From positions 107,322,001 through 107,386,000 of the forward strand of contig OZ320313.1 in the NCBI GenBank assembly GCA_976226885.1: a DNA stretch of 64,000 bases. Direction: 5' to 3'. Source of the stretch: Iphione sp. A-MEVVRFRX5. Taxonomy: Eukaryota. Below the pieces are notes generated by a model. It was not told the DNA's origin and ran no database searches. It saw only the letters and a program-made list of their open reading frames with translations. A program made the position numbers and the translations under genes. Of the stretch, positions 46,723-57,491 are shown in pieces. Position 1 is the first letter of the stretch. Every line of letters starts with the position of its first letter.

Positions 46723-49335
46723 CCCACCTCTCATTGGATGAGATTTTAACAGATGTATGTACGATTGGATAGATTAGAGCACTACTCAGCCACTGCCCTG
46801 CCACTGCTAAAATGGACACAAGTGACACATACCCGCCTTGTAGTCCATATTCGCACTACTACAAAAGCAGAAACAGAGAAACAAACGTGCACTTGCCCGC
46901 AAGGGTTTTTTGCGTACTCACTGGGGTGACAGCAGAGAGTTGTGGCGCTGACCTAGTAGAAGATCAACGCACGTTATCCCTCTACGGGTGAAAAGCCCCT
47001 TGTAACGTCTCCACATCATGCCCGGAGGGTTGCCAAGTTTGGGAGATCGGATTTGGTTATCGTTCCTATAGGTGACTACGATATTAGGAGTCTGTCTCTA
47101 GCCCTTTATTTCTTTGACCTCAACTCTGTCTGTCCTAATCTAGCTTGAATATTGTCTCTGTCTTTCTCTCTTCATGGAAGAGGGAAGTCATACTGATGAG
47201 TCTTTAAGGACCTCACAATGTACGGAAAGGGAGATATATAGGTGAGGTGAAAGAGATAGGTGGGGAGGAAGGCGAAGGAGGCAAAGAAAGATGGACTGAT
47301 GAGTGATGCGAATCCCTTTGTTGAGTAAGTTGGTAAGCTAGGCTGTTTAGAAACCCACAGTGTGAGAAAGAGCCCAACATGTTCAGTTTCCTATCATCAT
47401 TGAACAGCATACGCCATAGAACTTTTGGCTTTCAATGGATTTCATAGATTTTCATCGGGACAAATACATACAACAGAATGTGTGTTAGACAAAATCAGAT
47501 TCAACAATGGAGGCATCACTATGATGGATGGTAGTGTATCATTCTATCAGAAACGTAACATACAGTATATGTATACTATGGTTAATGTGAGTGCTCTGGG
47601 AGAGGAAAGCATACACATGATTGTGAATGTGTTCCACGTATTCAAATAGCATAATTTGTTCCTTCCATTCTTCCTGGAATATTCTGTATGATTTGGGACA
47701 AATATTTACATGGCAAGAATTGTCTGTATTGGAAGGTCTATGTAAGGACAACCATTGGTGTTTTACCAACTGTCCCTAATGGAGACATGTCCATGTTAGT
47801 GACATAATTGATAGAAACTACAACTTCCTTTAGGCGCTTATTTGAAATGTAATGTATTTTCATGGCCATAATGCTATGGAAAGTCGAAGCCACATTCATC
47901 ACATGCATATCAATAAAATATCAATGAAAACAGGGTGGATCCTTGTATTATCCCAGTGGATTACTACAGCACCCACTGAAAACACGTCTGAAATAAATGT
48001 ACATGGCTATGAAAATTTTTCCCCATCTAAAAACATGCTACATGGAGATGCATAAGGTGGCGTTCCACAGTATATGACACCATACAATTTGTTATTTGAA
48101 TCATTTCGTTGGTACAGTAACCTCTGATTTCCTCATATTTGGTGCTATTGTACATCTCTGGGTACGTAAGGGGAAGTGCCAGCAGGCATTTTGATTCCAC
48201 GCCAAATGTTATTTGCCTCCACGATTCAGTGCCAGTCGTTACCAAAATATTGTTCATTTCAGCGCCAACTGTTATTTTACCCAAAAAATTGTTATCGCAC
48301 CCACCAAAACCCCTGATTCCCCGGTACACTAAACAATTTCTCGACAAGGTAATTGAAGTCACGGTGAAGTCGAACCTAACACTTATACCTATAAATACCC
48401 CATCTTATGACAGTCTCTACGCAGATTTCATTACCACAATGATATCACCTTCTTAATGATGAACAATTCATATGGCTCCTTTACAACCACAGAGCTAGAC
48501 GGGGTGTTGACCCTACTGAGTCAGGACCACATCTAGTTCTATGGTTAAAACACACCTTTTATACTGCATACCCCAAATAGTTCCACTCCGATTGAATAAC
48601 CCCCTCCCCCGCAGGCTATTCCCTATTTATCGATAAAATGGCCCCACCAGTCCGTGGCCTAGAGCTGGCGGCCTGGATACACGGGTTTAAGTGAGTACAT
48701 GGTGACAATAACAGTGTGAATGGTAATAAAATGAGCAGATATCTGAGAGCCCACATCGCTGATTGATGTCTCCCAAAAACAATGGCTCCATTATGGTCCA
48801 CATGGTATGTGCTTTCTGTGAATAACTATCGCCTGTAGCACTCGCGTGTTCGGGTCTGGCTCACCGCTTCTACTGGGCAAGTGTGTGATAAAAATAAGAA
48901 CTAAAAATAAAGGTAGATGTGTTGTATTATCTGAGCTGCAACAGATGGAGAACCTTTCAGGGAGGCCATATATATCCTCCACATTCACATCTACAGTCTA
49001 CATAGAACTAATTAATATAATGTATGTACATTTGTGGTCCGTGTTCCACAAGATGTGTATGAAACATTTTCTATTAAGTTTCGCCTTCATTGACGGCGAA
49101 CCCTTAACAATTCTATGTGGCCTGAAATCAGAACCCTCACCTTGCAGGTCAGAGACCTGCGCAAATGTATTGTAGCCAGCAAATGTAGCCGCACCATGAA
49201 GCCCTAGAGATGGCAATACCAGACATAGCTTCGTCACAATCTCAGCAACATACTTGTAATCTGATCCTGGGCTCGCTTTCAGTTTAAATGGAATACACTC
49301 TGGCATGTAGAAGTGACTGCTGCATGACCATCCCC
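44053..49335 (-). CDS. Candidate minus-strand exons 49141-49335, 44744-44950 and 44053-44105 (Cys/His-rich product)
   Basis: Each has AG/GT sites, and the phases chain 1-1-1 to a TGA. No family recognised. Confidence 0.35.
46665..46718. repeat. (CT)n microsatellite
   Basis: Pure CT run. Confidence 0.95.
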
Positions 49336-49796
49336 CTGGGTCACAGCGGGTGCGTTGTGAGCGACGTTCAATAGATCACTTTTTTATTTTAAGGTATTTC
49401 TTATTTACCCATGTTAAATCATCCTAAATCATCAGAGGCACTAAAATGCCTGTGGTGTTGCAATCTATAGAACGATGTCTTAACTACGATACGCATTTAA
49501 TATTAATATAAATGCAATAAACTGTAATGTGATTCTTGTATGTGCATGCCCATCTAACTTACGCTAGATAATGATACTTCAGCAGCTCAAGTGATCAATA
49601 AATGAGCTGAAGTTAGTTGCAACAGAATTTAACTTAACTTCGATTTGATTTTCTATGTAGAAGCTAAAGTAAATACCAGAGTCTCTTGTGGACAATCTAG
49701 TCTCTTCCCTCATCGTTTGGGCAGACCTGGGCCAGTCTATCCTGTGTTCGAGCACCAGGTGTTTAACTTTAACAGACGGATCGATACCACAGCAAG
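48615..49796 (+). CDS. Candidate plus-strand exons 48615-48690 and 49701-49796
   Basis: Acceptor cccgcag / donor gtgagt and acceptor tctag / donor gtagag. Phases 1-2-2 give YSLFIDKMAPPVRGLELAAWIHGFNLFPHRLGRPGPVYPVFEHQVFNFNRRIDTTAR. No family recognised. Confidence 0.35.
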
Positions 49797-52700
49797 GTAG
49801 AGCTCTAAACACCCTGCCCAGCCCTCCCTTCCCACCTGCCTACGACTGCGTTTCCTTCTCCTCCCGTCCCTGCTACTGGCCTTCTCCCTCTCCATTTCTC
49901 TCGTCCTCCTCCTCTCTCCCTGGCCACAGTCATTCCCGCCGCTTCCATGTCTCTCTCGCCCCTCTCCTGCCTACTCCTCTCCTCTTGTGCCCTCGAGCCT
50001 TTAATTTTGCCTCCCATCCGCGCCTTCCGACCTCTTCCTTCCCCTTCCACCCCGGTCCACTTCATCAGTGACCCCAAGGTCAGTGTAACGTGCACACAAA
50101 TAGAGACAATTACACATAATGCAATAAATAGCAAAGTTTTCCCTCTGTCAGAGACCGTCTCTGATACTCTCGCTGTATATTTTTCTGACGTTTGTAATTC
50201 TGTGCAATCACTGGCTAACCGACTCGTATATTATGAATTTGTGCTTAGCACCAAGCAATGTACATGTATTTCTAAGTATCCTTTTTCAGTTCTAGAAGAG
50301 TACTAATTTTTGCGTGTTTATCCTTCGTACAATTACCACGAAAATAAAAGCTAGAAAATGATGTGATGATGTAGCCTCACGTTTGGACATATCAGAGCCC
50401 TTGTGATAAAGGGGGGTGTTTTCGGTGAATCCCAACGTCGGACACGAGAGAACCCTCGGGTTATGCATATATATATATATATATATACATCGTATGTCAA
50501 CCCTGGCTGTGCTTTGAAATCCCCCCAGAAAGTCTCCCTTGAAATACGTATATATGCACACATAAATATAACTGAGTGCTAGTCTCTGTACGTGAATCCT
50601 ATCTGTTAGGTCACTGAGATTATTATTGACTTGCTTTGTATTCTAGCAGAGAAATCTTCCGGAAATCAGTGTGTTACTAAAAAGTGAATCTCGTAATTAA
50701 TTAACTGACTGCTGGTTTGAAATAAACAAATTCTCTGGTACCAGCATCTGCTAGACGAACAAGTTTCATGTCAGTGATGGGCTGCACTGAGGGAACAGCT
50801 TGGTATTGAACACGTTTTGTCATGTGAATTAGCTGAGTAGATTTCCTATTTGGGTACAGTGAGTGAATTAGGTTATCAAACGTTACACGAAATTTCACTC
50901 ATGCAATAATTACGATGCGGTAAAAAAAAATCCCACAAGCTACAATAATTCACTTATCATCTATAACACTTGTATTTTATGAAAGAGAATAACAAATCCT
51001 AATTAACCTATTGCTTTGCGGAAAATGTACTTTAACATATACCAAAATTCTGCAATTAAATTTCAAGTACATATAAGCATTCCTTATAAATGTTTCCTTG
51101 TTTTACACATTTCACCTGTGCAGTACGCAGCTCTGCGCAGCACAGTTCTCAATCGACTATTGGCGTGCTATTCAATATCTAGCCATTTCTTACCTATTGT
51201 TCATCGATCCGGTAAAATTGCGTCATCGTATTAAACGTGCTGGGATTCTTATGAGTGTGTGAATCATCTAATGCGCATGAACTGTAAAAACATTTAAATG
51301 TCATGAAAAGTACGTAACTCTGAATTATATTTAGCGTAATTGCTCAATTTAACACTGTTCTTACGTTTTATCAGATTTTTTTTTCATAAGCTTTCTGATT
51401 GACTAGAAACGGGAAAGGAAAAACTTAGAAGAAAGGCAGAAATGAATAGGTTTTAATTTCTTGTGCTTCGAAAACATTCCTTAAATTCAATTTCCAGATG
51501 TTTTTGTATCTTTGGAAGTGTGGAGGTTCTCGAATTCTGTACACGAATGGGAGGTGGGAAAACAGTGAACGAACACGTGACAATTTTCAGGACTAGGTAC
51601 ATTCAATGGATAACAAGGGAAGGGGATACTGCATCGTTTTTTCGGTATTGATAGAGTCGAGTGGCTGTTGAGTATAGAGCTCAAGACATACCAGTCCTGA
51701 TCACTGTTGGAAAATAAAACCTAGTGTGAGGCTGAGACGGAAAAAAGTCTGTAGGAGGTTCCCCAGCTCACCAGACATGTGGTTTATCCTACAAATATTG
51801 ACAATTTTATCGTTCGCATAATCGTATATAGAATACCAATATCTTATACCTCATCCAGCTCTGAAAGAAAAACAATCATATTTTTCCTGGAAACATGTAG
51901 AGTCGTGTTTTCCTGTTGTCCCTCTCGGTCTGGCAGTGAGGGCTGTTGACTGTGTGTGTTCAGGTCATAGTGGTGGAGAGCTCACAGAATCGTGATTGCC
52001 CGTTTGCATGTTCGTCTCCTCAGCCACACTTCTGTCCAAAACGGCGTATTGGTGAGGACTTTTCATACGGATGAACAAGCAGGAAAGCTACAAAAAAATA
52101 CTGTATGGATATGAGGTTGGCTGCCTGACAGTGGTATGGTATTTGTTTATCTCTCGCCCTCGCTCTCCTTTAATGTGTATTTGTTTTATTGTGACACGGC
52201 AAACATATTACGGAAAGGACAGACAGACAAAGACAAAAATGTCGAGAAGTGTAGGAGAGGAGAAGTGTAATAGGGATCAGCAGAGTCATTTACTCACAAC
52301 TATTTATGGGTACAAGAAGGCTGTGAGAGAATCACATACATGTATATAGATACCGAATGGAGTGACAGAAGAGATAGAGAAAGACACATTTAGAGGAACA
52401 ATTCAGTAAGGTCCATTACCTATTCCCAACAAGCATAAACCTCTGATCTCTGTATTCAGAGAGTATGGAATGACACCACATTGTAAAATTTGGAATGGTC
52501 AAAGCGTGTTCTTTCATTCCTGAAGTGGTACTGCTGCACGCTTCATAAATGTAGCAAAATAAAGATGGATGAACCATCTGCCTAACAGCTATATTTCGGG
52601 GCCTTATTCTGTAACTAAAGTAGTTGTATGTGGCAATTGGTGTGGGGAACACATACAAAACACCAAAAACAGATTCAAAGGAGACATAGAAGTAACGGGT

Positions 52701-53929
52701 GATCAATTAAAGGGGGGCCTTAACTTGTCGAGATAAGGACAGGACGGTTAGCCTTATTCACGACGTTACACGTATATACTTAGAATAGGGTAATTAAAAA
52801 GTAATTATGTGCGTTGTGTGAGCCAAGTGAGATTAATGCTGGCTTGAAATGTTTCATGCCTATGTTATACTTAAATAACGTCAAACGTTTTACATGTAAT
52901 TTCCATTTATTTATTCGCCTCTGTTAAAGATCGAAAGATCGAACGTCTGTTGCGCCAAACTATGATCTCCCTTACTTCAGACAGCTTACTTTTTTAAGGC
53001 TACGGCGCCTGATGTGACAAAAAGTGACTTTTTGTTTGTTCCTCTGTAACCACATTTGAACAGAAGGCAGTCTGTCACGTGGAGGAGAAGGGGGGGAGAC
53101 AACAATGTATCACGAAGGAGTTGGACGGTCCCAAATCATGAAAGATTCAGCGAGATGAAGCAAAACACAGAGAATTGAAGAGGGATAAAAATAGATTCGC
53201 AGAGATATCTGGAAGGTATTAAATCATCGGGAATTAAATAAGTTACTAGCGCATGACAATGAGTAATTGTCCCTCCTGCTTTTGTATTATGGAGTCCAAG
53301 TATGGTGAACTTTTTCTCGCCGTCTTTTTTCTGCGAGCGGTATGGTTCAGTCATTTATGTTGACAGAACAAACACCGATAACGGAGATCAGAAACTAACA
53401 AGAGACTACTTGGCTGTTCCTCTGTTTGTAGTGCTTGATAAGCCTGTGTCGACACTTGTATATTCTTACCGGCTGCTGTGTATCTGGACTTAATAAAGCA
53501 ACGTAAAAAACCCATTTGCGTAGTGCTTCATTATATGTAGTACTAAAGTGAAGTGTCAGGTTATGTACAGTCAGACCAACCCTATGGTCATCAACAAATT
53601 GGTGTTTTGCTGGGTGGTATAAATAACATCGTTACAATGTGCTCATGCCAATCCTTGCGACTTGCATTCACAATGCTCTCTCATTGGTTCGTCGTCAGCA
53701 AGCTGTCATGCGTTACTATGATAGAAGAACTTGTATACAGAGGAAAGTCGAAATCTGAACACTCAAAATCTGAATTTTCCCAGATCCAAATGATTTTTCT
53801 GGGGAAGAACCGTTTTCCTGTATTTAGCTACTTATATATCTGAAATATACAATTTCTGAATCCAAAGGCTGTTTTTTGGTTAAAATACATTCAAATTATA
53901 CTTGAAAACTAAATGTGAAGCCTCGGTGA

Positions 53930-54215
53930 ACCAATGGCAAGCCTGGTCACTCTCCCCCAAATTTGCTACCATTTGATGAGCTTGCACCTTGGCCGACACC
54001 TGTTGGCTTAAGTCTTGCCCAGTTGCTCTCCCCCAAGTTTGCTACCATTTGATGAGCTTGCACCTCGGCAAGCCTGAGACAGTGAACCCGGTCGTTCTAC
54101 CCCAAGTTTGCTACCGTTTGATAAGCTCCCACCTTGGCAAGCCCAGAATGGCAAGCACAGACACTCTCCCCCAAGTTCGCTACTGTTTGATGAGCTCACA
54201 CTGTTTGATGAGCAA
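53930..54215 (+). repeat. Four degenerate ~65-75 bp tandem units in the Tigger 5' region
   Basis: Core ctcccccaa(a/g)tttgctacc(a/g)tttgatgagct repeats at about 53951, 54027, 54097 and 54166. Confidence 0.85.
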
Positions 54216-54855
54216 GCCAGGATGGCTTGGGGCCCCCAGATTTCCCCCTTCTACTTTAAAGAGGATGTTTACTCACACCTGGGCTGGTGTTTTCCCATGT
54301 TTTCCCGACCCAGGGGGGATAACAGGGAGCTGCTGAGCACTGGGCAGGCACTCTACCTTGAGTATGTCTCCTGTGCACTCCAGAGAATTCCAGAGACTAC
54401 AGACACCATGTCTCAACTACAGTCTAAGAGAAGGAGGACCAACATCACCAACCAGCAGAAGAAAATTCTCTGCCAGTATAAGGCAAGTCATCCCACTGCT
54501 TCCCTGACTGGCATCATTGGGCACTTCTCTCCCCTTTTTGGATTCCAAGTTGGGAAATCTACCCTGACTGACATCTGCAAGAAAAAGGACCCCTGGCTGT
54601 CCCTGCCTGATGAGGAGGGCAACCTTGTGAGGGCTAGATGTCCCAAACAGGTTGACCTGAAGAAGACCCTCCTCCTCTGGTTAAATGACATGAGGGCCAT
54701 AGGAGCAGTCTTGACAGATGAAGTTCTGGTGAAAAAGGCCAAGGTCTTTGGGAAGGACCTCCAGGTGGATGAGAGCTTTGAATACAGCAAGGCCGGATTC
54801 AGAGATTCAGAGAGAGGAGTAGTATAAAACTGCTGTTTCTGGCTCACTTTTGTTT

Positions 54856-56250
54856 TCGCTCTACACAAATATCCCGAATGACAAAGGCATGGAATCCATA
54901 AAGGGACAGTTAGAATGCAAAAGACCTATGAACAAAAAACCTGACAACAACACACTATTGGACCTATTGGAATTGGTTTTGAACATGAACAACTTCAGAT
55001 TCAATAATAGAGACTATTTACAAATAGGAGGAACCGCCATGGGCACAAGAGTAGCACCCTCATACGCAAATATATTTATGGGAGATTTCGAAGAGAAATA
55101 TATCTACACCCGAGATCTCCAACCCATGGTATACATGCGATACATAGACAACATCTTCCTGATATGGCCACACGGCACCGAAGAGCTGAACAAACTACTC
55201 GAACATATGAACACTGCAGTGGAAAACATAAAATTCACTGAGAAGATCTCTAAAACTGAGGTTGAATTCTTGGACACCAAAATCAGAATAAATGAAGATA
55301 AAAAATTATCAAGTGACCTCTACATAAAAGAAACAGATAGCAACAGCATCCTACATTACCACTCTGCCCATCCAATCAAAATGAAACGGAACATCCCATA
55401 CAGCCAATTCCTACGTATCCACAGAATTTGCAGTGAAGACGAGGACTTCACAATGAGAAGCCTAGAGAAAGCGAGAGCCTTAGTCGAAAGAGGATATCCC
55501 CCATCAATAGTAGCAAGAGCACTCCACGAAGCATCAAAAAAATCTAGACCAGACCTACTATCCACAAAAACCAAAGAGGAACCACTAGGAGCAAACATAT
55601 TTATCACCACCTACCACCCAGAAAACAAAGAAACAGAAAACATCGTAAGGAACAACTGGCTATACTTACAACGCTCCCAAACTACAAAGGAGTTAAGCAA
55701 GAACAGACTTATAATAGCATACAGGAGACCTAAGAATCTAAGAGACTCACTGGTAAGAGCCCGATATGTGGACTATGATGAGAGATTAGACACAGGTAAG
55801 AAGAAAACAACAAACTGCTGTAGCAGAAACAGCTGCAAATACTGCAATCTACTGAATAAAGGGACCCCTATTAAAAATAAACACACCACGAGGGCATACA
55901 CGACAAAGAGGAAAATATCCTGTGAAAGCAGCAATGTAATATATGCAATAACATGCATTTCGTGCAACATGACATATGTCGGTCAAACAAAAAGAAAAAT
56001 TAGAGATAGACTGAGAGAACATCTGTATGACATCAAAACGAAAAAAGGAAAAAATCTGATAACAGAACACTTCAACGAAACACACAGATGGCAAGAGAAC
56101 TTAAGAGTTAGGATCGTGGAGTTTATCCACCTACCCCCTGAAAGTGAAGGAGCCAAAACATTAAGAAATAAATTTGAAAACACTTGGATCCACAAACTGA
56201 GAACAATAGCACCCTATGGTATGAACATAATGGACGGAGAATTGAGATAA
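54856..56250 (+). CDS. Penelope RT/GIY-YIG polyprotein, 5'-truncated open frame
   Basis: SLYTNIP, QIGGTAMGTRVAPSYANIFM, YIDN (YIDD variant), FLD, YRRPKNLRDSLVRA, C-x-C linker, VIYAITC..C..TYVGQT..RLREH, WIHKLRTIAPYGMN. Confidence 0.93.
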   Translation, partial: SLYTNIPNDKGMESIKGQLECKRPMNKKPDNNTLLDLLELVLNMNNFRFNNRDYLQIGGTAMGTRVAPSYANIFMGDFEEKYIYTRDLQPMVYMRYIDNIFLIWPHGTEELNKLLEHMNTAVENIKFTEKISKTEVEFLDTKIRINEDKKLSSDLYIKETDSNSILHYHSAHPIKMKRNIPYSQFLRIHRICSEDEDFTMRSLEKARALVERGYPPSIVARALHEASKKSRPDLLSTKTKEEPLGANIFITTYHPENKETENIVRNNWLYLQRSQTTKELSKNRLIIAYRRPKNLRDSLVRARYVDYDERLDTGKKKTTNCCSRNSCKYCNLLNKGTPIKNKHTTRAYTTKRKISCESSNVIYAITCISCNMTYVGQTKRKIRDRLREHLYDIKTKKGKNLITEHFNETHRWQENLRVRIVEFIHLPPESEGAKTLRNKFENTWIHKLRTIAPYGMNIMDGELR

Positions 56251-56413
56251 ACACTTTTAGCCTCGTCACAAAAAATTACCCCAACATAGCATTAGACTAT
56301 GCCTTGGAGATGATTTTTTGACAACCAATTAATTCATTTTTGAATTGCCTTAAGTGTACATCTCAAACTCCACCAAACTAAAGAAAAAATAAATAACATT
56401 CGACATCAAGTGC

Positions 56414-56455
56414 CTGATGAGACATTGTCGAAACCGTGTGATATGTAGTGGTAAA
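56414..56455 (+). ncRNA. Hammerhead ribozyme core (Penelope pLTR)
   Basis: CTGATGA-gac-att-gtc-GAAAC, followed by GGTA as a possible cleavage site; stem I pairing is imperfect. Confidence 0.65.
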
Positions 56456-57389
56456 CTAAATTAAAACTAAAAGGTATGGATATGGATAAGGTACAGTGAC
56501 ACCTTAACCCCATGGCAACCAAACAAATATAAAACAGTGGTTGTCAAGAATGCTGGCCACTCACTCGGTAGCACTCAAAGGGAGAGGACTGTTGTAAACG
56601 TCTATAAACCCATCACTTTTGTTTACATTCTCCAATGCTATTTCAATGGAGAAAGGTTACCCACCTCGGTTACCCACCTTGACCTAGGTGGGTAACTTTA
56701 TCTCTTTTCAGTAGGTCAAGTATACTTGACTTTGAAGCAGAGACCTTAACCTTTGATTAGAAACAATGTTATCAATTATTCAACATCAACTGATAAAATA
56801 TAGACAGCCACTAGGGTTTTATCTATTACTCTCTCTATATACACCTCATCAGAATTCAGTGTAGTAGTCAGAAACATGTTCAGACACGTCATTTTTTGGG
56901 GGTAATAGTTAAATGTAACAGATCTACACACATAGACTCATTTGCTTGGTATTACATCATATATGCATTTCTATAGTGGTATGAAAGCTATTTTTTTCTT
57001 CTCCATAATAGCTATCTATAATGAAAAAAAGTAAGATGGTGCATTATCTGAACTCCAGGATGCATAATTGTTGTTCCATTATATTTAGTTAGTCACCCAA
57101 TGAAAACAAATCAACACAGCATTATAATCTAGAACAATTATTATTATAGCCTTAGCCTACATGTATATCTAAATCTTTCTTAATTACTCTTTTGTGTCAA
57201 TGTACATTTTCTTCTTCTCCTTCTTGATCTTTGGTTGAGGAGAGATACATCTCTTCTTGCTAGTACTATTCTGTCTGACATGACTAGTACCTTGCTTATG
57301 GCTATATATGGGTGGGTTCTTGGTGAGAATGGCCTTGGCTCGCTCTGCAGCCTATCCCTCCTTTGGAATTCCTTATTAAAATGTGAACA

Positions 57390-57491
57390 TTAGTATGTCT
57401 TTCTATTCCCATGGCTGAGCCTCATGTGACAACTAAGACCTGACCTATGGTTAAAACCCTTTCCACAGTGATTACATTCAAAGTTGGCCAT
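57390..57491 (-). CDS. 33-aa mini-ORF/exon with one complete C2H2 zinc finger inside the Polinton-like element
   Basis: MANFECNHCGKGFNHRSGLSCHMRLSHGNRKTY*. Confidence 0.6.
   Translation of the reverse strand: MANFECNHCGKGFNHRSGLSCHMRLSHGNRKTY

Larger units (their letters stand above)
54856..56612 (+). mobile_element. 5'-truncated Penelope-like retroelement
   Basis: RT plus GIY-YIG ORF, ~360-bp 3' region with hammerhead core, 12-bp TSD TCACTTTTGTTT (54844-55 and 56613-24). Confidence 0.93.
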
